The notes beneath the pieces were generated by a model. That model worked only from the letters and a program-made list of their open reading frames with translations. It was not told the origin of the DNA and searched no databases. Both the position numbers and the translations under genes were made by a program. From an uncultured Alphaproteobacteria bacterium (GTDB lineage: Bacteria > Pseudomonadota > Alphaproteobacteria > RF32 > CAG-239), in contig CALXWC010000003.1 of the NCBI GenBank assembly GCA_944392265.1, forward strand, positions 4,627-68,626: a DNA stretch of 64,000 bases. Direction: 5' to 3'. This document shows positions 39,126 through 48,264 of this stretch, piece by piece (the stretch's first letter is position 1; each line of letters opens with the position of its first letter).

Positions 39126-39156
39126 TCAGCCTAGTTTCAATCAGCCTAGTTTTCAG
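39126..39156. repeat. tandem direct repeat TCAGCCTAGTTT (2 exact copies, 15 bp period, plus a partial third TCAG)
   Basis: Read directly: tcagcctagttt caa tcagcctagttt tcag. Confidence 0.9.
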
Positions 39157-39489
39157 ATTGAACAAGCAAAGACAAAACTGAAAGTTTTTGGTTTGTCATA
39201 ATTACGAATGAGAATATTTTTTCAAACTTGATATACAGCGGTAGATGTTTTTTCCTTTTTGAAGCTGGAGTTATTCAAGAAGATTATAATCTTAATCAAC
39301 TTTAGCCTCCTTATATTTATCTGAGTAAATATTTTTGCTCGTTACCTGAAATGTCTTTATCTTGTGTGTTTTTATGTCAAGCTGATTATTCCTTATCAAT
39401 CAAAACATATACTTTGCGTTATACCCTCTTCTTTTGGTTTGGCATATCTTTTTTTGCGCTTTATTTCTAAAAGATTATTTCCACAAACA

Positions 39490-39524
39490 TAAAAAAACAG
39501 CGCAATTTTGTTTTGTTGCGCTGT
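39490..39524 (-). terminator. terminator of the lipoprotein gene (minus strand)
   Basis: Perfect 9 bp hairpin acagcgcaa / ttgcgctgt. On the minus strand it is followed by TTTTTTT. Confidence 0.8.
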
Positions 39525-39547
39525 TTAAGAGATGCGTTATTTGCTTA

Positions 39548-39841
39548 TTATTCATAAAAAACAAATACTGTATCGAGAACCTCTCCATCAGGAGAAGTAA
39601 ATTTTACCGGACACTTGCGTTCGATTGTGAACGTGGTGGTGTCCTCGATGATAATCTCCTCACCTAACTCATAAGTGTCGTAAGGAGAATTCATTAAAAC
39701 TGAGTCAATTGCGATGTCTCTAGGATCAGTACTGGTTACTGAAGCTGTATAAGACATTTTATTTTCACTCTGTTTGTTTTCACAAGATGCTGCCAGCATT
39801 AATGCAATTGCAGCAATTAAGTAAAAAAGTAAATTTTTCAT
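39548..39841 (-). CDS. small lipoprotein, unknown function
   Basis: 97 aa with a signal peptide and lipobox (LMLAASC). Has its own terminator. Confidence 0.65.
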   Translation of the reverse strand: MKNLLFYLIAAIALMLAASCENKQSENKMSYTASVTSTDPRDIAIDSVLMNSPYDTYELGEEIIIEDTTTFTIERKCPVKFTSPDGEVLDTVFVFYE

Positions 39842-39929
39842 AATTAATAATGTTTTTTATAATTTGTTTCTTTTTCCTTTATATCACAAATTTTACCCTA
39901 ATACAATATGTTTTTTGTCAAATTTTGCA

Positions 39930-39960
39930 AAAAAAAGCACATTTTTATAAATGTGCCTTT
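39930..39960 (-). terminator. terminator after the 114 aa membrane protein gene
   Basis: Hairpin gcacattt ttat aaatgtgc flanked by an A-run and a T-run. Confidence 0.7.
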
Positions 39961-39979
39961 TCTTAATATTTTGAGTATT

Positions 39980-40324
39980 TTATCTGGTTATTATAATTTT
40001 TGCTAAATTTAAGATATAAACAACGCTTAAAAAGGCCAAAGTTTTATATAAAACAGGCCAGAATGTAACAGCTCCACCATAGACAAAAATTTGTAAAATT
40101 ACGGCAGCCATAACAGCGCAAATAATGTTCATAATCCAATAATACTTATTATCGGTTAAGATAAAGGCGCAAGCGGCAGATAAGGCCAAAATCCACGGTG
40201 TGGAGATTGAGGCTGTGGTGCCGGAGACAATTTTTTTAATCATGGCAATGTTCAAAATATATCCTAAAGCAACAACAATGGCGATAATTGCTAACAAAAT
40301 TAAGTATGTTGATTTTTTTCTCAT
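39980..40324 (-). CDS. small integral membrane protein (about 4 TM helices), unknown function
   Basis: 114 aa, almost entirely hydrophobic segments. No recognised domain. Confidence 0.55.
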   Translation of the reverse strand: MRKKSTYLILLAIIAIVVALGYILNIAMIKKIVSGTTASISTPWILALSAACAFILTDNKYYWIMNIICAVMAAVILQIFVYGGAVTFWPVLYKTLAFLSVVYILNLAKIIITR

Positions 40325-40475
40325 TTTTCCCTCTTTTGGTTGTTTTTTTCATTGTTTTTTATGCTATGTCTAATAAATAAAAAAACGTTTAACATTGAAT
40401 AAAATGTATAAAAATATATGATTTTTTTTAGATTATGTTATTTTTTCTCAAGAAAATAATAGATGGAGAGTTTTT

Positions 40476-41120
40476 ATGTCTGTGTTATGCCCTGCAAAAG
40501 ATTGTAAGTTATGCCCTCGCCTTGTTGAATATCGAGAAGGAAATAAGTTGAAATTTCCAAATTATCATAACGCTCCCGTTCCTCCTTTCGGCAATCTTGA
40601 TGCTGAAATTTTGGTTGTGGGCTTGGCTCCCGGACTTAACGGGGCAAATCAAACTGGCCGTCCTTTTACAAATGATTATGCCGGCGATGTTCTCTATCCT
40701 ATCTTAAAAGAATTTGGTTTGGCGCAAGGTAATTATCAAAAAAGAAAAGATGACGGTTTTGAGCTGATTGATGTTCGTATTACCAATTCAGTTAAATGTG
40801 CGCCGCCTAAAAATGTGGTGACCGGAGATGAAGTTAAAACTTGCGGACAGTTTTTAATCAGTGAAATTGAAAATATGCCTAACCTTAAAGTGATATTAAC
40901 CTTGGGCGGTGTGGCTCATAATGCCGTGTTGGGTGTTTTGGGGTATAAAAAAGCCGCTTTTAAGTTTGCTCATAATGCCGTTCATTTTCTGGATAAGCAT
41001 AATTTATATATGGTGAACTCTTATCATACCTCAAGATACAATATTAATACCGGTGTGTTGACGGAAGATATGTTTCGTGATGTGATTAAAAATTTGCAAA
41101 AAATCTTAAATAAACATTGA
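40476..41120 (+). CDS. uracil-DNA glycosylase superfamily protein, family 5 (UDGb)-like, Fe-S type
   Basis: 214 aa with N-terminal cysteines CPAKDCKLCP, motif VVGLAPGLNGANQTGRPFT, and SYHTSRYN near the C-terminus. Confidence 0.75.
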   Translation: MSVLCPAKDCKLCPRLVEYREGNKLKFPNYHNAPVPPFGNLDAEILVVGLAPGLNGANQTGRPFTNDYAGDVLYPILKEFGLAQGNYQKRKDDGFELIDVRITNSVKCAPPKNVVTGDEVKTCGQFLISEIENMPNLKVILTLGGVAHNAVLGVLGYKKAAFKFAHNAVHFLDKHNLYMVNSYHTSRYNINTGVLTEDMFRDVIKNLQKILNKH

Positions 41121-41166
41121 AATTTTATTAAAAATAGAGCATATCTCTATTGTTTTATTAATTTTT

Positions 41167-41793
41167 ATGTTTATGAAAGATTTATTATTTTCGCATCCGG
41201 TGTTGATGGTTCGGAATGCTTTGGTTTGTAAGAAAGTTGATAGTTATAGCTCTGCACTTGAATTTGCCAAAGATAACCGTGCTTGTGTGATTGATTATGT
41301 GGGAGAAATGGAATTTTATCCTAATGAGAGAGTTTTGCGCCCACAACTACCGCAAAGATTTTTCTTTATTAACTCAAAGGCTGATAACATTCTGAAAAAG
41401 CACAGAAATTTAGGGCCTTGTCGCTTTTTTTCTTTTGTGCAGGATAATGAATTTTCTTTGAGTTTGGGAAGCCTTTCTTCTTCTATTTTTAAAACGGCTA
41501 GCATTTCGGAAATGCTTCATGAATATTTTCAACATTTGGATGAATTTAGAGTAATGCAGATTAATTTGGCTAAAACTCATCAGAAAAAATATCTGACGTT
41601 TAGTGAGTACCTCCTTTCTCCGAATGAAGCGATGCAAAAAACTGAAGATAAACATAAGTTTGCTCAAATTATGCAGAATAATGATTTGGTGTTTTTGTAT
41701 CACAGAAAATATGATGGTATTTTTACTTTGCCAAAGGGAAACACTCATTTTGTTTCAGCTGAAGCGATGTATTCAAAATGGATGCTGCGTTAA
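41167..41793 (+). CDS. hypothetical protein
   Basis: 208 aa ORF with no recognised motif. Terminated by a strong hairpin. Confidence 0.5.
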   Translation: MFMKDLLFSHPVLMVRNALVCKKVDSYSSALEFAKDNRACVIDYVGEMEFYPNERVLRPQLPQRFFFINSKADNILKKHRNLGPCRFFSFVQDNEFSLSLGSLSSSIFKTASISEMLHEYFQHLDEFRVMQINLAKTHQKKYLTFSEYLLSPNEAMQKTEDKHKFAQIMQNNDLVFLYHRKYDGIFTLPKGNTHFVSAEAMYSKWMLR

Positions 41794-41794
41794 A

Positions 41795-41832
41795 CAAAAA
41801 AAGGTTTGAGATGAAACTCAAACCTTTTTTAT
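41795..41832. terminator. bidirectional terminator
   Basis: 10 bp hairpin aaggtttgag atgaaa ctcaaacctt flanked by an A-run and a T-run. Confidence 0.85.
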
Positions 41833-42408
41833 TTAATTGCCTATTCCCGAAAATCCCATAAATGCCATGGATAACAATCCGGCCGTGATTAAAGCAATCG
41901 GGGCTCCCTGCACTGCTTTGGGCAGGTTTGCAAAGGCTAATCTTTCTCTTAATCCAGCAAATAAAATAATTGCCAAACTAAAACCTAATGAATTGGCCAA
42001 GGCATAGAAAACAGAATTTATTAAGTTATAATCTTTTTGAATAACAAGCAAAGCCACACCCAAAACCGTGCAGTTTGTGGTGATTAAGGGTAAAAAGATG
42101 CCCAAAGCCTGATATAAGCTCGGAGATGTTTTTTTCAAAACAATTTCAACCATTTGCACTAATGATGCAATTACTAGGATAAAAACAACCGTGTTCATAA
42201 AAGTCAGGTTAAACGGAAGCAACAGATTGTGATAAATCAAATAGGTTACAATGGTAGATAAAACCATTACAAAACAAACAGCACCACCCATGCCGGCTGC
42301 CGTGGAGATTTTTTTGGACACGCCTAAAAAAGGACAAATTCCTAAAAATTGAGATAGAACAATATTATTAACAAATATTGCGCTAATGAAAATCATTAAA
42401 TAACTCAT
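41833..42408 (-). CDS. rnfA: Rnf electron transport complex subunit A
   Basis: 191 aa polytopic protein of the RnfA/RnfE/NqrDE family. Last gene of the cluster. Confidence 0.9.
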   Translation of the reverse strand: MSYLMIFISAIFVNNIVLSQFLGICPFLGVSKKISTAAGMGGAVCFVMVLSTIVTYLIYHNLLLPFNLTFMNTVVFILVIASLVQMVEIVLKKTSPSLYQALGIFLPLITTNCTVLGVALLVIQKDYNLINSVFYALANSLGFSLAIILFAGLRERLAFANLPKAVQGAPIALITAGLLSMAFMGFSGIGN

Positions 42409-43019
42409 TTTTTATCCTTTCTTAGTTGGTTGATGATAATAATAAGTCCGGCTAATGCTAAAAAAGCTCCGGGCGGCATAATGAAAAGCATCATTGTTTC
42501 TGCATCTTCGGAAACAAATTTCCAGCCAAAGGCAGAGCCGTTACCCAAAACCTCTCTGATTAAACCCAATAATGTTAAGGCTAAACTAAAACCAATACCC
42601 ATGCCTAAAGCGTCTAAGGCAGATTGAAAGACATTGTTTTTAGAAGCAAAAGCCTCTGCTCTACCCAAAATCAGGCAGTTTACCACAATTAAGGGAATAA
42701 AAATGCCTAAAGTGGCATGTAATGTCGGAAAATAAGCCGATATTAATAAATCTACCACGGTGACAAATGTGGCGGCAATTAAGATAAAACAAGGAATTCT
42801 GATTTTATCGGGAATTATGGATTTTACGGCAGAAATGGCGCAATTTGACAATAATAAAACAAAAAGTGTGGCAAGTCCCATGCCTAATCCGTTCAGAGCC
42901 GATGTTGTTACACCTAATGTTGGGCACATTCCCAACAACATAACAAAAGTCGGATTTTCTCTAAATATACCTCTGGTTAAATTTTCATAACTTGTTTTAT
43001 TCATCTTATTTTCCCGCAC
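42405..43019 (-). CDS. rnfE: Rnf electron transport complex subunit E
   Basis: 204 aa polytopic paralog of RnfA, starting ...[20 protein letters not shown]. Confidence 0.9.
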   Translation of the reverse strand: MRENKMNKTSYENLTRGIFRENPTFVMLLGMCPTLGVTTSALNGLGMGLATLFVLLLSNCAISAVKSIIPDKIRIPCFILIAATFVTVVDLLISAYFPTLHATLGIFIPLIVVNCLILGRAEAFASKNNVFQSALDALGMGIGFSLALTLLGLIREVLGNGSAFGWKFVSEDAETMMLFIMPPGAFLALAGLIIIINQLRKDKK

Positions 43020-43587
43020 TTAATTTGTTGTAGGCGTTATATCCTCTTTGAATGGCATCAATAACGGCTCTGGAACTGATTGTTGCTGCTGTTACGGCAT
43101 CTATCTCTCCGCCGTCTTGTTTTACCTTAAATACTTGTTTTCCGGGGTTAATGCCGTGAAATTGTTGAGAAAACTTGTTTTCGGTGATTTTGCTTCCTAA
43201 GCCCGGTGTTTCTTTGTGTTCAATAACTTTGAATGTATTTATTGTACCATCAACCAAAAAGCCGACCATTAATTCTATTTTGCCGCCAAAACCATTGTTG
43301 CTGTATGTTTTGATGGCAATTGAGGTGATTTTTCCATCTTTGTCTCTGGCCGGAAATAAGTCTATATAAGCATTCTTTTTGCGTAAGGCAATTTTGTGTC
43401 TTTCAGCAAAAGGATTGTTATAAAACTCCCCGTAAACAACCTCTTTTATTGCTTCTAATTCTTTGTTTTCTTTTGCTTTTTTTATAGGTTCTTTGGTCAG
43501 CTCATAAACAATACCCAAAACTAAAGCTGAAAAAATGCTTAAGCCGCATAAAACCGTAATCATTTGAGAAAGAGATGTTTTTTTCAT
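43006..43587 (-). CDS. rnfG: Rnf electron transport complex subunit G (FMN-binding)
   Basis: 193 aa with an N-terminal anchor and C-terminal flavinylation-type motif [10 protein letters not shown]. Confidence 0.88.
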   Translation of the reverse strand: MKKTSLSQMITVLCGLSIFSALVLGIVYELTKEPIKKAKENKELEAIKEVVYGEFYNNPFAERHKIALRKKNAYIDLFPARDKDGKITSIAIKTYSNNGFGGKIELMVGFLVDGTINTFKVIEHKETPGLGSKITENKFSQQFHGINPGKQVFKVKQDGGEIDAVTAATISSRAVIDAIQRGYNAYNKLSAGK

Positions 43588-44589
43588 TTATTTTTTCCTC
43601 GTTCCATATACTCTTGTGTAATAGAACTTGTCTATTAACGGTGCAAAAGCATTCATTATTAATATGGCAAAAGATACACCTTCAGGATATGCGCTGTATA
43701 AGCGAATAATAACGGTTAAGATTCCGCAACCAAGGGCAAATATTATTTTTCCTTTTTGCGTCATCGGCGTTGTGGCATAGTCTGTTGCCATAAAAATAGC
43801 ACCTAACATTAAACCACCTGATAATAAATGTGTTAAAGGATCATATTTAATATCATGTGTTATCAGCCACATTACAGATGTAATTAAAAATACGCTTGAG
43901 AGATAATAAAAAGGTATGTGCCACGTAATTACCCTTTTATGTAAAAGGTAAATGCCTCCAAGCAATAAGGCTAAGGCGGAAACTTCTCCGATGCAACCTC
44001 CCGTATAACCGATGAACATATGCCAATAATCAGGTATGTTGCTCAAATCAGAATTACCATAAGTCAAAGATGTGGCGGATGATGATGCATCTATATGTTT
44101 TAAGATGCCTAATGTGGTTGCTCCGGTTTGAATCTCCGTATTGAGAAAATCTTTCCAATTTGGCTTCATCCACATGGTCATTTGTACAGGAAAAGATATA
44201 AATAAGAATACTCTGCCCACCAATGCCGGATTGAAAATGTTTTTACCTAAACCGCCAAATGCCATTTTGCCAACGACAATGGCCATGAATGAGCCAACCA
44301 GAATCATCCAGACCGGAATGGTTGCCGGTAAGTTAAATGCCAACAATAAACCGGTAATAATGGCGGAAAAGTCGTTAATGGTAGAATTTTTTTTGAATAA
44401 ATAACGGACGGTTAAATATTCCCACATAACGCAAGAAGCAACCGAACTGATAATAACAATTAATGCGTTTAAGCCAAAGTTAAAAACGCCGACACAAGCT
44501 GCCGGTAACAGCGCCAAAACGACATCTCTCATGATAGATTTAGTATCTTGAGGTGTAAACATATGTGGAGCGGTAGAAACTTTAAGCAT
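43588..44589 (-). CDS. rnfD: Rnf electron transport complex subunit D
   Basis: 333 aa polytopic protein of the NqrB/RnfD family, with TGATTLG. Confidence 0.9.
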   Translation of the reverse strand: MLKVSTAPHMFTPQDTKSIMRDVVLALLPAACVGVFNFGLNALIVIISSVASCVMWEYLTVRYLFKKNSTINDFSAIITGLLLAFNLPATIPVWMILVGSFMAIVVGKMAFGGLGKNIFNPALVGRVFLFISFPVQMTMWMKPNWKDFLNTEIQTGATTLGILKHIDASSSATSLTYGNSDLSNIPDYWHMFIGYTGGCIGEVSALALLLGGIYLLHKRVITWHIPFYYLSSVFLITSVMWLITHDIKYDPLTHLLSGGLMLGAIFMATDYATTPMTQKGKIIFALGCGILTVIIRLYSAYPEGVSFAILIMNAFAPLIDKFYYTRVYGTRKK

Positions 44590-44593
44590 TGTT

Positions 44594-45913
44594 TTATCCT
44601 TTTTTATTTCTTAATTCTATTTTGGCTAATTTGCAAAAGTCCAATAACGGAATTCTGGATGGGCAGATATAAGCGCAACAGCCACATTCTATACAATCTT
44701 GAGCATGAATGTCTTTTAACTCATCCAACATATGGTTTCTTGTATATATGCCGATTAAATACGGTCTTAAACCCATGGGGCAAGAATCAACACATTTGCT
44801 GCAACGGATACAGTCCATGGCTTCCGGTCTATGAGAAATCTCGTTTGAAAGCAACAATACGCCTGAGCTGATTTTGGTTATAGGCGCATCCATATGGATG
44901 ATAGAATTACCCATCATAGGTCCGCCTAAAACAACTTGTGCTATGTTATTGTCAAATCCGCCACACTGTTCTATTAAAAAGCGGATTGGTGTGCCTATTC
45001 TAACCTTGAAGGTTTGCGGGGTTTTACACATATCTCCGCTTACGGTGACATATCTTTCGTAAAGAGGTTTGTTTTTCATTACCGCTTCATAAACGGCAAA
45101 AACCGTTCCGACGTTTTGAACCAAACATCCGGCATCCATCGGAAGTTTGCCTGATGGAACTTCCCTACCCGTTATAGCTTCAATAAGCTGTTTTTCTCCG
45201 CCTTGCGGATATTTGGTCTTGCAAACGCGAACATTAACCCCAACATAACGTCTGGTTATTTTATTTATAATTTCAATGGCTTGAGGTTTGTTCTCATCAA
45301 TGGCTATAATGGCGTTTTGAATACCGAAAAGTTTGTTCAAAATTTTGGCGCCGATGACAATTTCTTCTGCTTTTTCAATCATCAATCTGCCATCTGACGT
45401 TAACCATGGCTCACACTCTATACCGTTAACAATTAAAATATCTATTTTTTTGCCTTCGGGAAGAGTGTCTTTAATCGGGGTTGGATATCCGGCTCCACCC
45501 ATGCCGACGATACCGGCTTTTCTGATTTTCTCGATAATTTCTTGCGGATTTTCCGGGATATTAGAGCAAATATCGGAGCTTAAATCTATTTCCGGTTCTA
45601 CTTCATCTCCTTCGACCTTGATTGTAATCATATTTTCAAAGTATCCGGAAGCCCCTTCAGTTTCTTCAACCTTGACAACCTCTCCTGAAACAGAAGAATG
45701 AACATCTGCTGATACAATACCGTCAGCATCGGCCAATAGAGTTCCAACTTTGACCTTATCTCCTTTTTTTACCAAAATTTTGGCTGGTGTTCCTATATGT
45801 TGCTTAACCGGAATGGATACAAATTCGGGTAAGCCGGCTTCTTTACTTGGGATATCTGCCGTAACTTTATATTTTTCTAAGTGGATACCGCCCTGAGAAA
45901 AGGTGTTCATCAT
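44594..45913 (-). CDS. rnfC: Rnf electron transport complex subunit C
   Basis: 439 aa with two 4Fe-4S motifs, CIRCSKCVDSCP and CIECGCCAYICP. Confidence 0.92.
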   Translation of the reverse strand: MMNTFSQGGIHLEKYKVTADIPSKEAGLPEFVSIPVKQHIGTPAKILVKKGDKVKVGTLLADADGIVSADVHSSVSGEVVKVEETEGASGYFENMITIKVEGDEVEPEIDLSSDICSNIPENPQEIIEKIRKAGIVGMGGAGYPTPIKDTLPEGKKIDILIVNGIECEPWLTSDGRLMIEKAEEIVIGAKILNKLFGIQNAIIAIDENKPQAIEIINKITRRYVGVNVRVCKTKYPQGGEKQLIEAITGREVPSGKLPMDAGCLVQNVGTVFAVYEAVMKNKPLYERYVTVSGDMCKTPQTFKVRIGTPIRFLIEQCGGFDNNIAQVVLGGPMMGNSIIHMDAPITKISSGVLLLSNEISHRPEAMDCIRCSKCVDSCPMGLRPYLIGIYTRNHMLDELKDIHAQDCIECGCCAYICPSRIPLLDFCKLAKIELRNKKG

Positions 45914-46746
45914 TATTGTTCCTTTTTATTGTTTGTCATCACAATTGCGCCGGTTGGGCATGCTTTTACCAATTCTTCTCCGTATTTTTCAGCAGATACA
46001 TCACTTGGTATGTATGATAAATTGTTTTCAACTTTAATTAAGTCACAGATTTTGGAACATTTTCCACAACCGATGCATGCTACTTTACAATTTTTTCTGG
46101 CTAATGCTCCTTTTTGTTTATTGCTGCAAGCGACATAAACTCTTTTGCCATCTGGGCTTTTGGGTCTTATTTCAAAAAGACCTCTTGGGCAAATCTTAAC
46201 GCAAGCACCACATGCCGTGCATTTGCTTTCATCAACTTCTGGAATTAAGGTTTGTTCATTAATTTTTAGAGCGCCAAACTTGCATACTTTAACGCAATCA
46301 CCTAATCTTAAACAACCATTGGGGCATTCTGTTTGTCCAACGGAAATTTGATTTGCCAAGCGGCAAGAGATTATTTTATCAAATTGTAATTTTATAGGAG
46401 CGTTTTCACACGTTCCGTTGCATTTTAAGACTGCTGTTTGCGGTGTTTTTGATACTGCTTTGAAACCCAATAAATCTGCTACTTTTTGCATGGTCTCATC
46501 ACCACCGACAGAACAATATAAATCTGCAAATTCTTCTCTGTTGCAAGAAGCACAAGCCTTAGCAAAATCTTGGCATCCGGCTTTTCCACATGCACCGCAA
46601 TTGGCTCCGGGCAAAACTTTTTCTATTTTTTCGGATAACGGATTTTCTTTTACATAAAACTTTTTAGAAATAAAATATAAAGCCAAAGCGGCTAATAATG
46701 CTATGCCACCCAATATCAAAACATTAGAAATCAGTGTTGTTATCAT
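45913..46746 (-). CDS. rnfB: Rnf electron transport complex subunit B (polyferredoxin)
   Basis: 277 aa with an N-terminal TM helix, CGACGKAGC, and several CxxCxxCxxxCP ferredoxin motifs. Confidence 0.9.
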   Translation of the reverse strand: MITTLISNVLILGGIALLAALALYFISKKFYVKENPLSEKIEKVLPGANCGACGKAGCQDFAKACASCNREEFADLYCSVGGDETMQKVADLLGFKAVSKTPQTAVLKCNGTCENAPIKLQFDKIISCRLANQISVGQTECPNGCLRLGDCVKVCKFGALKINEQTLIPEVDESKCTACGACVKICPRGLFEIRPKSPDGKRVYVACSNKQKGALARKNCKVACIGCGKCSKICDLIKVENNLSYIPSDVSAEKYGEELVKACPTGAIVMTNNKKEQ

Positions 46747-47159
46747 TTTATTTCATCTTCTTTTTTTATGGATAAAGTTAACTTCTTTGCAAAAAATCTA
46801 TGGTAAAACCATAAACCAAAATAATATGGAATCAAGCAAATTATACTAAATATGCCACTGATATTTTCGCTAAAACCCATATTAATTAATGTAAAAAGCA
46901 CGCTTAAAACTATAAAAAGCGGTAAAATATAGGCAAAAAAGAGAGCGAAAGAGCTTTGATTGACAGATATGCTGACAATGATTTTATCTCCGATTTTAAG
47001 TTCCGGATTATGATTGGGAATTTGTATGTTTTTGGTTTTTGCCTGAGATAAAGTGCAGTTTGCGCTGGCAACACAATGTTGACAGGCTTCTTTAACCAAA
47101 ATTTCGGCATAAATTGTGTCTTTTGTAATATTGGTGATGACGGCCGGATGTTCAATCAT
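46743..47159 (-). CDS. RseC/MucC-family protein (SoxR-reducing system RseC-like)
   Basis: 138 aa. N-terminal Cys pair (CQHCVASANC) followed by two TM helices. Overlaps the rnfB start. Confidence 0.75.
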   Translation of the reverse strand: MIEHPAVITNITKDTIYAEILVKEACQHCVASANCTLSQAKTKNIQIPNHNPELKIGDKIIVSISVNQSSFALFFAYILPLFIVLSVLFTLINMGFSENISGIFSIICLIPYYFGLWFYHRFFAKKLTLSIKKEDEIK

Positions 47160-47161
47160 TC

Positions 47162-48175
47162 TTATATCCCTAACATTTTCATAGCTTGGTTTGAATAAAT
47201 TATTTGGTGAGAATCTTTATTGTCAGCAACAATCAAAATGGCGGCTATGTTATATTTATTTGCCAATTGTAAGGCTTTTTCTTCTCCCATAGACATCATG
47301 GCTGTTGCATAAGCATCGGCAAACATGCATTTTTCGTGAAAAACAGTGGCTGATAATAAGTGGTGCTTGACCGGATATCCTGTTTTGGGATTGATGGTGT
47401 GTGCATATTTTTGGCCATTAATATAATAAAAGTTTCTATAATTTCCGGATGTGGCCAATGCGATATTGCTCAGTTCCATAGCCAAAGAGTTTTTATATTC
47501 CCCTTCTTTTGGGGTGGCTATACCAATCCCCCAACCTTCTTTTTTATCATTTCTATATCCGGCTACAAAAATTTCTCCACCGATATCTATTAAGAAATCT
47601 TTGTAGCCTAATTCAGATAATTTTTGCGCCACCAAATCTACGGCATATCCTTTGGCTATGGCTGATAAATTAAGGTTGAGGTCTTTTTGTTTTTTTATAA
47701 CCAAGTCTGGTTCTTGAAGAGATATCTTGGAAAAGCCTATAATCTGACGAATTTGGTTTATTTTTTCTTTGTTTGGCATTTTATGTTCTTTGTTTGTGCC
47801 AAATCCCCATAATTCTATCAATGGAGAGACACTTGGGTCAAAATATCCGTCTGTTTGAAGATAAATGTTTTGTGATGCTTTTAATAATTTGTATAAGTGC
47901 GCAGATACATGAATCGGTATATTGGCGTTTGCTTGATTTAATTTGTTGAGTTCTGAGTTCTTTTCAAAAATTGAAAGATGCATATTAACCGTTTGAAAAA
48001 TTTTATCAATTTCTGAAATTAGTTCTTTATTTTGTTCAGGAGTATTGATTTTTATTACATAATAAGTCCCAAAAACATATCCTGTTATGGTCTGCTGGTT
48101 GTTTTTTTGGGATTGATAGATAAATATGCTTGTGATTATAACTAATATACCTATAAAAAAACTCAGAAATTTCAT
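47162..48175 (-). CDS. apbE: FAD:protein FMN transferase ApbE
   Basis: 337 aa with an N-terminal anchor and motifs LSAIAKGYAVD and TSGNYRNF. Confidence 0.88.
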   Translation of the reverse strand: MKFLSFFIGILVIITSIFIYQSQKNNQQTITGYVFGTYYVIKINTPEQNKELISEIDKIFQTVNMHLSIFEKNSELNKLNQANANIPIHVSAHLYKLLKASQNIYLQTDGYFDPSVSPLIELWGFGTNKEHKMPNKEKINQIRQIIGFSKISLQEPDLVIKKQKDLNLNLSAIAKGYAVDLVAQKLSELGYKDFLIDIGGEIFVAGYRNDKKEGWGIGIATPKEGEYKNSLAMELSNIALATSGNYRNFYYINGQKYAHTINPKTGYPVKHHLLSATVFHEKCMFADAYATAMMSMGEEKALQLANKYNIAAILIVADNKDSHQIIYSNQAMKMLGI

Positions 48176-48264
48176 ATTTGTTTACATCCGAATTTAAAAT
48201 GTTTTAATTAATTTATTATACTGTAAAATATAGATAACAAGATAATTACAGAAAGGTTAGTATA

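Noticed and set aside
39067-39201. 44-codon plus-strand ORF (MRQNVLRSLRRPLFLSLYFFQPSFNQPSFQ...) spanning the tandem repeat.
   Set aside because: It has no Shine-Dalgarno sequence. The only promoter-like element (TATAAT at 39048-39053) has a weak -35. The repeated QPSF is just the DNA repeat read in frame. It is kept only as a note inside the repeat finding.
39434-39667. 77 aa plus-strand ORF from the track.
   Set aside because: It overlaps the minus-strand lipoprotein gene and runs through that gene's 9 bp terminator hairpin. It has no SD, and its composition is typical of out-of-frame reading.
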